Virus record (IMG/VR): IMGVR_UViG_3300009320_000446 | Coordinates: 1-24,010 of that record | Length of the DNA: 24,010 nt | Direction: 5' to 3' (one strand) | From: a virus | Lineage: Duplodnaviria > Caudoviricetes | Shown here: positions 6,013-15,068 of the stretch, piece by piece | Position numbering within the stretch: the stretch's first letter is position 1 | Layout: each line of letters starts with the position of its first letter | Position numbers and translations under genes: made by a program | Notes under the pieces: model-generated | What the model saw: the letters and a program-made list of their open reading frames with translations, nothing else | Database searches by the model: none | What the model was told of the DNA's origin: nothing

Positions 6013-6396
6013 ATGGATGTAAGAGAGGCAACAAGATTGAGCAACTACATATTCTATGTCTCTTGTGATCTTAATACTTGTCTTGAGTCTCTTTTGTCCA
6101 GAATAGAGAAGTTAGAAGGGCAGAAGTTTTATGATACTAATGAGGTAAGAAAAGATTTTAGCTTATGTAAGACGAATCTTCACCATTCCTTTGAGAGACT
6201 AAGAGAGCTAATATGTGAGTATATGGATTGGGATTGGGAAGAGCTGGCACACATACTTGCTGAGAAAATCGGTGAGAACATGAAGATCACACAAGAGGAG
6301 ATTGACAAGCCTAAGAAGGTTATATTTGAGAAGGGTGATGGCTTCTATTTGATCTCGCAAGAGAATAAATATTCTGTCAATAGAACTAGAGAATAA
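6013..6396 (+). CDS. Hypothetical protein (127 aa)
   Basis: TAAGAT(6001-6006)-N6-ATG. Confidence 0.75.
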   Translation: MDVREATRLSNYIFYVSCDLNTCLESLLSRIEKLEGQKFYDTNEVRKDFSLCKTNLHHSFERLRELICEYMDWDWEELAHILAEKIGENMKITQEEIDKPKKVIFEKGDGFYLISQENKYSVNRTRE

Positions 6397-6416
6397 GAGG
6401 TGTAGGCTATAAGCGT

Positions 6417-6656
6417 ATGTTCGGAAGAAAGCCAGAGGAGCGGCCATATGAAGAATTTCTCAAAACACAGATTTACTTTAGAGAGAACAAGTCATCATAC
6501 GTACAAGTTGCAGATGTCCGCGAAAGCCATGAAGAAGTGCTAAAGAAGATCAAATCAAAGGAAAGGTTTGTTAAATTCACAGGTAAAAATGGAAAAACCC
6601 TTTATCTTCGCCCCGATAGAATAAATTATATTGAAGAATATTCTCCTTCCCCCTAA
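6417..6656 (+). CDS. Hypothetical protein, FlbD/SwrD-like motifs in permuted order (79 aa)
   Basis: VRESHEEVLKKI followed by FVKFTGKNGKTLYLRPDRINYIEE. Confidence 0.6.
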   Translation: MFGRKPEERPYEEFLKTQIYFRENKSSYVQVADVRESHEEVLKKIKSKERFVKFTGKNGKTLYLRPDRINYIEEYSPSP

Positions 6657-6661
6657 TTCCT

Positions 6662-6856
6662 ATGGACTCCAATCTACAAACCCTTCTCCGTCTTGTAAAT
6701 AATGAGTACGGCGCTCTTTATGGCCAAATGGTAAGGCTTGGCATACTTACTGACGCTGTACAAAGAGTTGCCGAAGGTGCTGATGCTGGAGAAGTTTTGA
6801 AAGATGTTCTCAAGGAATTGAGAGCAGAACTTATTGAAGATGAAGAGAAAGCATAA
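6662..6856 (+). CDS. Hypothetical protein (64 aa)
   Basis: C/T-rich leader TTCTCCTTCCCCCTAATTCCT before ATG. Confidence 0.7.
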   Translation: MDSNLQTLLRLVNNEYGALYGQMVRLGILTDAVQRVAEGADAGEVLKDVLKELRAELIEDEEKA

Positions 6857-7391
6857 GAAAGCACTGGCCAAGCTAGAGCACTTTATCTCACAACTACCAG
6901 AGAAGAGGCTGAAGTGTAACGATGCAGGGTTCTATAGATCAACCAGGAGGGGAAAACCATACAACGGCAAAAGAATCTCAGCAGAGGAGGCGTACTTTTT
7001 AATGACAGACAAGGGAATCGAATGTGCGAAGGAGCAGGTAGATGACTGGGAGAGATACAAGGGGCTGATCATCGCTCATAGATTATTTGGGATTACCGTT
7101 AAGCAATGGGGGGATGAATGGGAGAGGATGAATCCTGCTACGCTGATAAGAGAGTGGAAAGAAATGCACGACGATAGCCCTATGCCAAAGGGGTACAAAA
7201 GCCTGTTATTTGAAAGGCTTGGCTTTATTAAGGAATTGGAGGATGATGGGTTCGAGAATCCTTTGAAACTAATTACGGGTAGGACATGCCAATCTACACC
7301 TACAGATGCAAATGCGGCTACGAAAAAGAGCTTAAGGCAGAGTTCGAAAGTAGCCCCGAATCCTTTCGCTGTCCGTTCTGTCTGTGGTTAA
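6834..7391 (+). CDS. Hypothetical protein (about 185 aa; start may be ATG6840)
   Basis: Long + strand ORF. Its C-terminus overlaps the next gene by 106 nt. Confidence 0.7.
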   Translation: MKMKRKHKKALAKLEHFISQLPEKRLKCNDAGFYRSTRRGKPYNGKRISAEEAYFLMTDKGIECAKEQVDDWERYKGLIIAHRLFGITVKQWGDEWERMNPATLIREWKEMHDDSPMPKGYKSLLFERLGFIKELEDDGFENPLKLITGRTCQSTPTDANAATKKSLRQSSKVAPNPFAVRSVCG

Positions 7392-7699
7392 GGGAAATGC
7401 ACAAAGTGATTTACTCGCCTCCTGTACGCTTCTTGGGAGTGGGCTTCACAAAATCATGGAACGATTGGGATTACGAGAAGACATACAATGCTCCTCCTGT
7501 AACTGCTCCACTAGAACACCAAGTAGAATATGACAAATGGTGTGAGAAAGAGGAGATTAAGAGGCGGGAGGATAGGGATGCGTGGTCGAGGAAGGAGAAT
7601 CCAAAGAGCGGTGGTAAAGTCTCATTTCGTGTTGCACTGTTTAACCATTTGAAGTCTCTTGTAAGTAGGTGTAAAATAGGAAACCGTCATGCCCCTTGA
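7286..7699 (+). CDS. FmdB-family zinc ribbon protein (137 aa)
   Basis: MPIYTYRCKCG...CPFC...VRFLGVGF fits the FmdB zinc-ribbon signature. Confidence 0.85.
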   Translation: MPIYTYRCKCGYEKELKAEFESSPESFRCPFCLWLREMHKVIYSPPVRFLGVGFTKSWNDWDYEKTYNAPPVTAPLEHQVEYDKWCEKEEIKRREDRDAWSRKENPKSGGKVSFRVALFNHLKSLVSRCKIGNRHAP

Positions 7700-9815
7700 T
7701 AAACCAACCATTATTCTTTCTCCTCAGCAGCAGACACTGATGCGGGAGGATCAAGAGATGGTTGAGCATTTTAAGACATACAGACAGCCTTTTGAGGATC
7801 AAATGGAAATGGGTGCTAAAGCTGCGAATATGATCGCTGATCCCACACCAAGAAGTGATACATCCAACATTTTTATAGGAATTGCAAGGATGATTGGCGA
7901 AGCTAGTATTGCAGCACTAAACGAAGGCAGGCCTGAATTTGGATTTAGGCCTGGAGCGGCTTCTGATTACAAGAAAACAGTGTTCTGGGGTAGTGCAATA
8001 GACCATATCCTAGATATGTCTAACTTTGACTCCAAACAACACCAGTTCCTAACAGACTTTACCTACCTGAATATGGGAACTTACGAGGTTGTTAATCAAT
8101 ATCCTGTAAGAACAGTGCAAATGCCCACAAAAGGGGGGAAGATGGAGCCTATTGTTAAAAGAGATTATCGAAGGGAGAAGATTGAGGTACGACACAGAAA
8201 CCCATTTGAAGTGTGGTTAGACCCATCATCACCAAACTTACAGGAAGTTAGGAAGGTTTATGATGAGGAGTACCTAACAGAGCTAGAATTCAAGCGTAGA
8301 TACACTCACGCAGTAGTATTTAATGCAGATGGCACAACCAAACCAAGATACGAGAACACAGAACATGTAAAGCCTGGACTTTCAATGGGCTTCGGAGACC
8401 AAGACGAGCTTATGTACCGAGAGATTGAAAAGAAGGACAAGATCGTAGTAGGGAAGATACAGGATGAGGAAAACGACTCCGTAAGAGTTTATGCAAACGG
8501 TGTACCAATAATGAACGGAATGCTACAAATGAAAGAAATGGCTGATGGTAGAAGGACAGCGGGTATGAACGCACTAGGAGTTCACTCCTTCTGTTTCGGC
8601 CCCAACGAAATGCAGTACGATGACAACCTAAGAACAACAGCTTTGTACCCAATGGGATTACCGTTCACAATGAGAGGGTTTGATGCTCTGTATCAGGCAC
8701 TTACAAATATGCAGGTTGATAACGTAAGACTGTCAAACACAGTAGGAATTAGTTACAGGCCATTTGATGGGACGTCACAGATAGATTTAGACGCGAGAGA
8801 CTTCTACTCAGGTGACTTTATTGACGGAGAGATAGGGGTTCATCCCTTTGGGCAGCCAAGAACAGGCGAATATCAGGTAATGATGGAGATGCTAGACAAC
8901 TGGTGTATTTATTTGACTGGTGTCAACTTCAAACAACTACAGGGAGAGACAGCAAGAACGGCGTTTGAACTCTCACAAAGAATAAGAGCACAAAATAGAA
9001 GGTTTGAAAGCAAGCTGAAGGTGCTAGAGAATGGCTGCTTCCGTAAGCTAGGCCAACTGACTCTATCGGGTGCGATGTCTGAGCTTACTGTTGAGGACTA
9101 TGAGGATATTACCGAGAAGGAGGTAGAGAAGTATGCAAAGAAGATAAAAGCAGGCGAGATAACAGGTGAAGATTTTGAACTAGTGAACGGGAAGATTGGA
9201 AGGAAGAAGGTTAGAACTATGATCCGTGTAAAAGATCGTGCCTTCTCGGAGAAGTTCGACTCTACAACAAATAAGAAGCGCAAGTTCGATATCAATTCAA
9301 CGGACAATACTCTTATCGAAAATAAGAAACTCAAAGGACTAACAGACAGCTTCATCCCCGCTGCTCCTGAGTATCTATGGAGCCAAGAATACATAGAAAG
9401 AGGCGGAATACCAGATGTATACGCTAAAGGAATGAGGATGTTGGCTGATGATAAAGACCTGAAATTCGCTAAAGTAAATGCGCTTATGGAATTAGCAAGA
9501 ACACGAGCAATGGAAGACCCAGAAGGAACACAGTTCGATCTACAGAAACTAGAAAAGGAATATACAAGAGTTGTTGATCTACCAGAAGAGGATGTTATGA
9601 AGGACGAAGGTGGAGTAGCTATGGATTTGCGTAAAGATATCGAAGAGGCGGAAGAATCTTTATTCCCCACAATCCAAAATGCTCTACTTCAGTCTCCTCT
9701 TGAATCTAGTCCTGCTGGTACTGCTCCCAATCCTGCTACACCGGAAAGCCTTGCCACTAGAGAGGCTCCGTCTGTCTCAAACACAGAACAGCGTTTTGCA
9801 ACGCCTCTCCAGTAA
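7689..9815 (+). CDS. Portal protein (708 aa)
   Basis: Size and position between terL and scaffold/capsid. P22-like portal patterns (NPFEVWLDP, GETARTAFE). No search run. Confidence 0.85.
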   Translation: MPLDKPTIILSPQQQTLMREDQEMVEHFKTYRQPFEDQMEMGAKAANMIADPTPRSDTSNIFIGIARMIGEASIAALNEGRPEFGFRPGAASDYKKTVFWGSAIDHILDMSNFDSKQHQFLTDFTYLNMGTYEVVNQYPVRTVQMPTKGGKMEPIVKRDYRREKIEVRHRNPFEVWLDPSSPNLQEVRKVYDEEYLTELEFKRRYTHAVVFNADGTTKPRYENTEHVKPGLSMGFGDQDELMYREIEKKDKIVVGKIQDEENDSVRVYANGVPIMNGMLQMKEMADGRRTAGMNALGVHSFCFGPNEMQYDDNLRTTALYPMGLPFTMRGFDALYQALTNMQVDNVRLSNTVGISYRPFDGTSQIDLDARDFYSGDFIDGEIGVHPFGQPRTGEYQVMMEMLDNWCIYLTGVNFKQLQGETARTAFELSQRIRAQNRRFESKLKVLENGCFRKLGQLTLSGAMSELTVEDYEDITEKEVEKYAKKIKAGEITGEDFELVNGKIGRKKVRTMIRVKDRAFSEKFDSTTNKKRKFDINSTDNTLIENKKLKGLTDSFIPAAPEYLWSQEYIERGGIPDVYAKGMRMLADDKDLKFAKVNALMELARTRAMEDPEGTQFDLQKLEKEYTRVVDLPEEDVMKDEGGVAMDLRKDIEEAEESLFPTIQNALLQSPLESSPAGTAPNPATPESLATREAPSVSNTEQRFATPLQ

Positions 9816-9984
9816 GCAGAGAGAAACAATCCTAAGCTGGTTTGATTGCAAGCGCTTCACTATTGATGACGAGAACGTCCGCAAGGCTGCCAATCAGTTA
9901 AAGGGCGAGTGGAGAAAAGACACGCTATCGAAAAATAATCTCCTTTCTACTGATAAAAAACTCGGCTTGACTAAACTACTATGA
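9679..9984 (+). CDS. Membrane-anchored hypothetical protein overprinted on the portal 3' end (101 aa)
   Basis: N-terminal LYFSLLLNLVLLVLLPILL then HRK. Genome-typical leader TTTATTCCCCACAATCCAAA. ATGA coupling to the next gene. Confidence 0.7.
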   Translation: MLYFSLLLNLVLLVLLPILLHRKALPLERLRLSQTQNSVLQRLSSKQRETILSWFDCKRFTIDDENVRKAANQLKGEWRKDTLSKNNLLSTDKKLGLTKLL

Positions 9985-10181
9985 GTATTGTGTTAAATAT
10001 AATAGGCAAAGAAAAAATAAAGCTCACTGAGTGGGACAAGCTCACACCCTGGCAACGCGAAGTTTTGGCTTGTGTAAGGCATTTTGAGAAGATTAAGATT
10101 GCTGCTGCTGCGCTTGGAAGAGATGAGAAGGCAATACGGATGGTTATTTATCGGATTGCAGAGAAAGGAATAAGTGTATAA
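9981..10181 (+). CDS. Small HTH DNA-binding protein, LuxR/sigma70 region 4-like (66 aa)
   Basis: LTPWQREVL...IAAAALGRDEKAIRMVIYRI pattern. Confidence 0.7.
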   Translation: MSIVLNIIGKEKIKLTEWDKLTPWQREVLACVRHFEKIKIAAAALGRDEKAIRMVIYRIAEKGISV

Positions 10182-10188
10182 TGGATTT

Positions 10189-10383
10189 ATGAAAGAAGAA
10201 TACTTAGAAATATCAACGAAAGGTGGACATGTCCCTGGCTGCATACAGTGCTCATTCGATGAAATGAAGCTAAGAAAGGGAAGACGGTTCAAAGAAGATT
10301 ATTACTTTAAGGTTAAGAATAGGCAAAATATATTTATCGATATTGACGAAATAGCAACATTTCGAGAGTGGCCGTATGTGTAA
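10189..10383 (+). CDS. Small hypothetical protein (64 aa; start revised to 10189)
   Basis: TATAAT(10177-10182)-N6-ATG10189. Confidence 0.7.
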   Translation: MKEEYLEISTKGGHVPGCIQCSFDEMKLRKGRRFKEDYYFKVKNRQNIFIDIDEIATFREWPYV

Positions 10384-10397
10384 CGAACGTGGTTCTA

Positions 10398-10437
10398 TTT
10401 ACAGAACAAGGAGTACAAACTTTTAATAGCTCCTTGT
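10398..10437 (+). promoter_or_regulatory. Candidate late promoter overlapped by an 8-bp inverted repeat
   Basis: TTTACA(10398)-N18-TTTAAT(10422); ACAAGGAG(10406-10413)-N16-CTCCTTGT(10430-10437). Confidence 0.45.
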
Positions 10438-10453
10438 CATCAACGGCGCAAAC

Positions 10454-10504
10454 GCATGGAGGTTAAGGTTTGTTCTCTCGGAGAGTAAACCTGAGCCTCC
10501 GTGC
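10454..10504 (+). promoter_or_regulatory. Long RNA hairpin in the 5' leader of the head operon
   Basis: 23 of 24 positions pair (4 G-U) around a TCG loop. No U-tract immediately after the stem. Confidence 0.75.
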
Positions 10505-10532
10505 TCGATTTGTTTTCTAACCAGCTTTTACT

Positions 10533-11144
10533 ATGACTACTGACGATCCTGTAAAGGACGGCAGCGTTTCCCCTCCTGACGCCGAAGGCAATCAGGAAAC
10601 TTCTAAAGCCAAAGACACTGAAGAATCTTCGGAAGATTCACAGTCATCCAAGGTTCAAGAATTGGAAGAAGCCCTTAACCAAGAAAAAGAGCGATCAGCC
10701 GAGCTGCATCGCGGTTTGCAGGATAAAGCCAAAGAGGTCAAACGTCTTAAATCTGCTATTGTTGATGATGAACCTAAAAAGCAAGAGGAAAAAGTCGAAG
10801 AAGCAAAAGGCTTCACCGAAGACGAAAAGTCTCTACTTAAATGGGAAATCAAGAATCAGGATAAGATCGATCTCTGTCAGGAAGAGTATGACAAATATAC
10901 CAGTGACGGCGTTAAGCCAGAACTCGCATTGCGTCTCGCTCTCGATGATAAGGGCATTACCGAGTCAAACATTTCCGAGCATTTGCGCCAGATATCCGCA
11001 GGACAGCCTGCGGCATCTGTCAATCGCGAACCAGCTTCTGATGTTACCGAAAAAGAGCGTGCTGATATGGAATTTTGGGGGTATGACGAAGAAATCCTCA
11101 AAGAGCACAAGAAGCTGAAAGCTGAAAGACAACAAGGGGCGTAA
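10533..11144 (+). CDS. Capsid scaffolding protein (203 aa)
   Basis: Acidic, disordered N-terminus and a coiled coil. Located between the portal and capsid genes. Confidence 0.8.
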   Translation: MTTDDPVKDGSVSPPDAEGNQETSKAKDTEESSEDSQSSKVQELEEALNQEKERSAELHRGLQDKAKEVKRLKSAIVDDEPKKQEEKVEEAKGFTEDEKSLLKWEIKNQDKIDLCQEEYDKYTSDGVKPELALRLALDDKGITESNISEHLRQISAGQPAASVNREPASDVTEKERADMEFWGYDEEILKEHKKLKAERQQGA

Positions 11145-11167
11145 GTATTTCTTACCCCCCACAGAAC

Positions 11168-11575
11168 ATGCCTGCAGTAATAAGACGCATGACTGGACAC
11201 AGCAATTATAGAGAATACGCATCGTCTGGGACGATTGCAGCTGGTGATCCAGTGCAGTTTGACGAAAATGGGGAGGTAGCCGTGGGCGCAACAGGCAAGG
11301 CGATTTTGGGTGTAGCTGTGAACGCAGCAACATCATCTACGAACTGTCTTGTTGATATCGCTCTACCTGGTGACATCTGGGAATTTACCATCGGAACCGG
11401 CACCATGGCAGCAGCCGAAGTCGGTGAAGAGGCAGATATTCACGGAACGCCAGCAAGCGGTCTAACTCTCACAGAGTCAAACAACGACGTCCTCATCACA
11501 TCATGGGACGGCGTAACCACATCCCGTTGTTACGGGCAATACATGAAGCCAGCATCTACTACGATTGCCGCTTAG
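11168..11575 (+). CDS. Capsid decoration/cement protein (135 aa)
   Basis: IAAGDPVQFDENGEV...AILGVAVNAA pattern. Directly upstream of the MCP. Confidence 0.7.
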   Translation: MPAVIRRMTGHSNYREYASSGTIAAGDPVQFDENGEVAVGATGKAILGVAVNAATSSTNCLVDIALPGDIWEFTIGTGTMAAAEVGEEADIHGTPASGLTLTESNNDVLITSWDGVTTSRCYGQYMKPASTTIAA

Positions 11576-11606
11576 TTTTTTTATTTCCTAATTTCAACCC
11601 TCCAAT

Positions 11607-12614
11607 ATGGCTTATAATTCAACAGCATTCTCGGAGTTCGTTGACAACACTGAGCGGTCGGTCATGGCGCAAGTCAAAGAGGCAAAACCAGACATGGTTA
11701 GAGGCCTCTACATGCCTGTGCCCTGGTCGCCTGGAGACCCAGATAGAGTTACTTTTAACTCTGTGGCTCTCTCAGGATTCGCTGGTCGCGTTGATGAAAA
11801 CGAGAACTACCCAATGATTGACCCCACGCTTGGGGATGAACTCGATAAAACTCAGATTCAATACGGTGACAAACTCACCATCACTCGCAGGATGGCCAAA
11901 TTCAACAACCGTTACGCGGTTGCTAAGTTTGATGCACCTGCACTCGCAAATCGTCTCAAGAACGTACTTGACCTAGAGTTGACACAGCAATGCTTCGGTG
12001 AGGCTGATCAGACTACAATGACACCTCCTGGAAAAGCTGCTGTGAGCATAGCAACTGCCGACACGTTGGCCTTTGCATCAGCTAGCCACACAGTTAATGG
12101 CGCAGCAGGTTCTACGTTCAGCAATGTGCTATCGGGGGCAGGAGCCCTTTCGATGGACAACATGACTTCTGCTATGGCCACAGGCGAGCAGAACACAGTT
12201 GACGATCAGGGAACTTACCTGTCCCCGAACTTTAATACTCTTGTAATCGCCCAAGATGCCAACATGGAACGCAAAGCGCGTGAGATGCTTGGCTCTTCGT
12301 TGATCCCAGAAAATTCAAACAATGCAGTCAACGTCTACAACGGAGCAATGAAGCTCGTTGTTCTCAAACATGGTCAGAAGAACATGGTCGGAACAGTAGC
12401 TTCTGCAAACCGTTACAGATGGGTGATTATGGACTCAGAGATGGCTCGCGGTGCTCTCCAGCTCCAAATGGCTGAATCACCAACAACCGAGCAGAAGTTT
12501 ATAAACGAGGACAACATACTCGCTTCTATTCTTGTAACCCAATTCGCTGCATTCGCAGCAGTTCGATGGCAGGGATTTGTATTCTCGCTCTCGACAACCG
12601 CACCTACTTCCTAA
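11607..12614 (+). CDS. Major capsid protein (HK97 fold, Mu gpT-like; 335 aa)
   Basis: Size and position. ALSMDNMTSA...DDQGTYLSPNFNTLVI...AREMLGS...NNAVN pattern. Confidence 0.88.
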   Translation: MAYNSTAFSEFVDNTERSVMAQVKEAKPDMVRGLYMPVPWSPGDPDRVTFNSVALSGFAGRVDENENYPMIDPTLGDELDKTQIQYGDKLTITRRMAKFNNRYAVAKFDAPALANRLKNVLDLELTQQCFGEADQTTMTPPGKAAVSIATADTLAFASASHTVNGAAGSTFSNVLSGAGALSMDNMTSAMATGEQNTVDDQGTYLSPNFNTLVIAQDANMERKAREMLGSSLIPENSNNAVNVYNGAMKLVVLKHGQKNMVGTVASANRYRWVIMDSEMARGALQLQMAESPTTEQKFINEDNILASILVTQFAAFAAVRWQGFVFSLSTTAPTS

Positions 12615-12627
12615 CCCTTAACCGCTA

Positions 12628-13167
12628 ATGGCTAATTATACGAGAATCACGACATTCACGGCAGCGGCGCTAGGAGTAATTGCAACCGCAACTGTAACGG
12701 CTGCGGTCTCAAATTCCTTCTTCACGAGAGGGGATATCATCTACGATACAACTGGTCGTACTGATTCACCTTCAATCATTGTAGATACAGAAAGTATGTC
12801 GACTATGGTTGTTGAAACATGCACTTCAACAGGAGCTTCATCGAATCACAGAACGTGCTCTTTCACGAACCCGCGTTCTGGCTCAGGACTTCTTATGGAC
12901 TTGTTCATTGAGGCTACAGGTGTAGGAACAGCTACGACTATGGACTGTTCTTATGGTTTGGCGGCGGGTATTACTACCTCAGCCACTGGAACAACAGCGG
13001 TACCTGGATTCCAAAACAGAACATTCGCGACTGGATCAGTCCTACATAATCTCTCTGGGAGTATTCTCATCAGGAACAGCACAATCATAAACTGCGCTAC
13101 AACTGCTGACCCAGGGACTGTTGACGCAAGAATTAAGGCAGTTATTCGTGATGTTTACAAGAACTAG
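12628..13167 (+). CDS. Thr/Ser/Gly-rich putative virion protein with N-terminal signal/anchor (179 aa)
   Basis: Hydrophobic N-terminus FTAAALGVIATATVTAAV. Beta-rich body with 4 Cys. Follows the MCP. Confidence 0.75.
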   Translation: MANYTRITTFTAAALGVIATATVTAAVSNSFFTRGDIIYDTTGRTDSPSIIVDTESMSTMVVETCTSTGASSNHRTCSFTNPRSGSGLLMDLFIEATGVGTATTMDCSYGLAAGITTSATGTTAVPGFQNRTFATGSVLHNLSGSILIRNSTIINCATTADPGTVDARIKAVIRDVYKN

Positions 13168-13175
13168 CCCTCTGA

Positions 13176-13199
13176 CTTTCCGCTTTTAGGAGCGGAAAG
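13176..13199 (+). terminator. Hairpin after the capsid block (terminator/attenuator or processing site)
   Basis: CTTTCCGCTT-TTAG-GAGCGGAAAG. No U-tract on +, so the function is uncertain. Confidence 0.5.
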
Positions 13200-13238
13200 A
13201 TGAGCGGGACCCCCCGCATTTCATTCCCTACCCTAATC

Positions 13239-13640
13239 ATGCCAGACACTATCAATCCATTCGCAACGGGCAACGGCCCAAGGTATCTACCCATCTTCCA
13301 GAAAGGGAGGCTAAATCCCAATATCCCAGAGCAGCTTGCGATTATAAAGCAATTCCTTCGCTCATTTGAGGGAACAGAACAATATGATCATTATGTTGAA
13401 GTTTATGAGCGTATATGGAAAGTTCAGCTGAAAAAGAAAGAGGAAAGAGAGGAAACTGAGCCAAAAGCAGTAAAAAGAGGCGGTGAAGAGCCGACTGAGG
13501 AGGCAATGAAGAGAACCTCCGATCCAGAAACTCGCAGGGTGAAGCCAAAAACAGAAGAAGAAGCTAAGAAAGAGATCGAGAAAGCAAAAGAGAAGGCCAA
13601 AAAGAAGACCAAAAAACGTGGCAGACCCAAGAAATCCTAA
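13239..13640 (+). CDS. Hypothetical protein with highly charged C-terminus and AT-hook-like KRGRPKK end (133 aa; start revised)
   Basis: ATG13239 follows TTTCATTCCCTACCCTAATC. The ATG at 13200 abuts the hairpin. Confidence 0.75.
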   Translation: MPDTINPFATGNGPRYLPIFQKGRLNPNIPEQLAIIKQFLRSFEGTEQYDHYVEVYERIWKVQLKKKEEREETEPKAVKRGGEEPTEEAMKRTSDPETRRVKPKTEEEAKKEIEKAKEKAKKKTKKRGRPKKS

Positions 13641-13658
13641 TTCTTTCCCCTATAAATC

Positions 13659-14057
13659 ATGTCAGGAACAGCCGCTATCCTCTCCAACAACGTAACTCTT
13701 ACAGCTAGTTATGTCGCTAGCACAATAAGTGCTCCTATACATGGTGCAAGCCATCACACGTTATTCATAACGTATGCCCCAGATACTAATTCTACTAATG
13801 CTATAAACGTGCAGATAGATGTTAGTCACGATGGTGGAACAACTTGGCATGTATATGGGCAGTACACAAACTCGTCAGGCACATTAAGCGAGCAGGCATA
13901 TACAATATCAGACACTTCAGCAGGAACTGCCGATCAAGACTTGGTTCCTATTGTGTTTGAAGCTACAGGAACTCATTTAAGGCTCCGCGCTCTTGAGACT
14001 AATACCCCAGGTGCATATGGGGAATACACAGCCACTTTACGCTCCCGCTCATCATGA
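13659..14057 (+). CDS. Putative virion beta-sandwich protein (132 aa)
   Basis: VQIDVSHDGGTTW and HLRLRALE strands. Structural-module position. Confidence 0.7.
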   Translation: MSGTAAILSNNVTLTASYVASTISAPIHGASHHTLFITYAPDTNSTNAINVQIDVSHDGGTTWHVYGQYTNSSGTLSEQAYTISDTSAGTADQDLVPIVFEATGTHLRLRALETNTPGAYGEYTATLRSRSS

Positions 14058-14830
14058 ACATTGACATCATCCCACCAAAGGCCACCCGTAGAACGCTTAC
14101 ATTAGCCAAAAAGGACATTCGCACCTATTCCGATGTTGTAAAGATAGTGAATGCGGTGCTGAAGGATTGGGAACCGCCCATGCCAGAAATCCCCCCACTT
14201 CCAAAGCTCCCCGATTTTGATGAGTTTGAGAAGAAAGGAAAAGTCGTTTCTATTGCTGATATTAAGGGGTTGGATGAGTTTATAGACGGAAGAATTCCTA
14301 AAGTTGAAGTACCTACAGACTATGCTAAGAAGAGCCACAAACATTCTCTTAAAGACTTAGATGGAAAGCTACCGCTTGCTCGTCTTGAGCACAGTCCAGA
14401 GATTAAGAGATTACTCACAAAACACCTTGCTCTCAGAGATCACTCACACGCAGGAATAGAAAGAGAATTGAACGAGCTTGGGGCAGAGGTTGATGCTATT
14501 GAAATCCCCGATTACTCCAAAGAGATTAAGGAGCTGAAGGCAGAGATTAAGAAGTTGGAGAAAACCTTGAGCAAAGTGGACAACAGACACGTTGAGTTAG
14601 TCGTTATTGATAAGGATGACGTAAAACAACCCCGAAAGGGTAAGGAGTTCGCAAAGAGTGATAAGTTTTATGTTGTATTAGACACAGTTCCGAACGTTGA
14701 CATAGGTGTTAAGGACAAGGCTGGATACGAGGGAACCGTGAGCATTCAAAGTAAAGGTGGTGTATATCTATTATTCGCAGCCTTCGACAAAAAAGAGGCC
14801 TACCCGATTACTTTCTTTAAGTATGAATGA
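14054..14830 (+). CDS. Putative fibre-like virion protein with His-x-His tail-repeat-like motifs and a coiled coil (258 aa)
   Basis: IADIKGLDEFI, HKHSLKDLDG, DHSH; heptad IKELKAEIKKLEKTL. Confidence 0.6.
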   Translation: MNIDIIPPKATRRTLTLAKKDIRTYSDVVKIVNAVLKDWEPPMPEIPPLPKLPDFDEFEKKGKVVSIADIKGLDEFIDGRIPKVEVPTDYAKKSHKHSLKDLDGKLPLARLEHSPEIKRLLTKHLALRDHSHAGIERELNELGAEVDAIEIPDYSKEIKELKAEIKKLEKTLSKVDNRHVELVVIDKDDVKQPRKGKEFAKSDKFYVVLDTVPNVDIGVKDKAGYEGTVSIQSKGGVYLLFAAFDKKEAYPITFFKYE

Positions 14831-15068
14831 TTATAAATACCTTTCCATCGATGAGCAGAAGAATCACTTGCAGCAGCGCATAAAACTGGCCGAAAAAGAC
14901 CACTATGAATGCAAAATCAGCCTAAGAACAGCAGAAGGAAACAAAGATCGAAACTCGATCACCAATCTCGTGGCAAAACTGCGAGAACTTGAAAGCAAAA
15001 TATCTGTCCTTTCGGCAGAACTTGATTCCTTAACCAATACTAATCATGGCACTCAATGTACGAGGTAA
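14823..15068 (+). CDS. Coiled-coil hypothetical protein (81 aa; start revised to 14823)
   Basis: ATG14823 overlaps the upstream stop region. LVAKLRELESKISVLSAELDSL heptads. Confidence 0.7.
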   Translation: MNDYKYLSIDEQKNHLQQRIKLAEKDHYECKISLRTAEGNKDRNSITNLVAKLRELESKISVLSAELDSLTNTNHGTQCTR

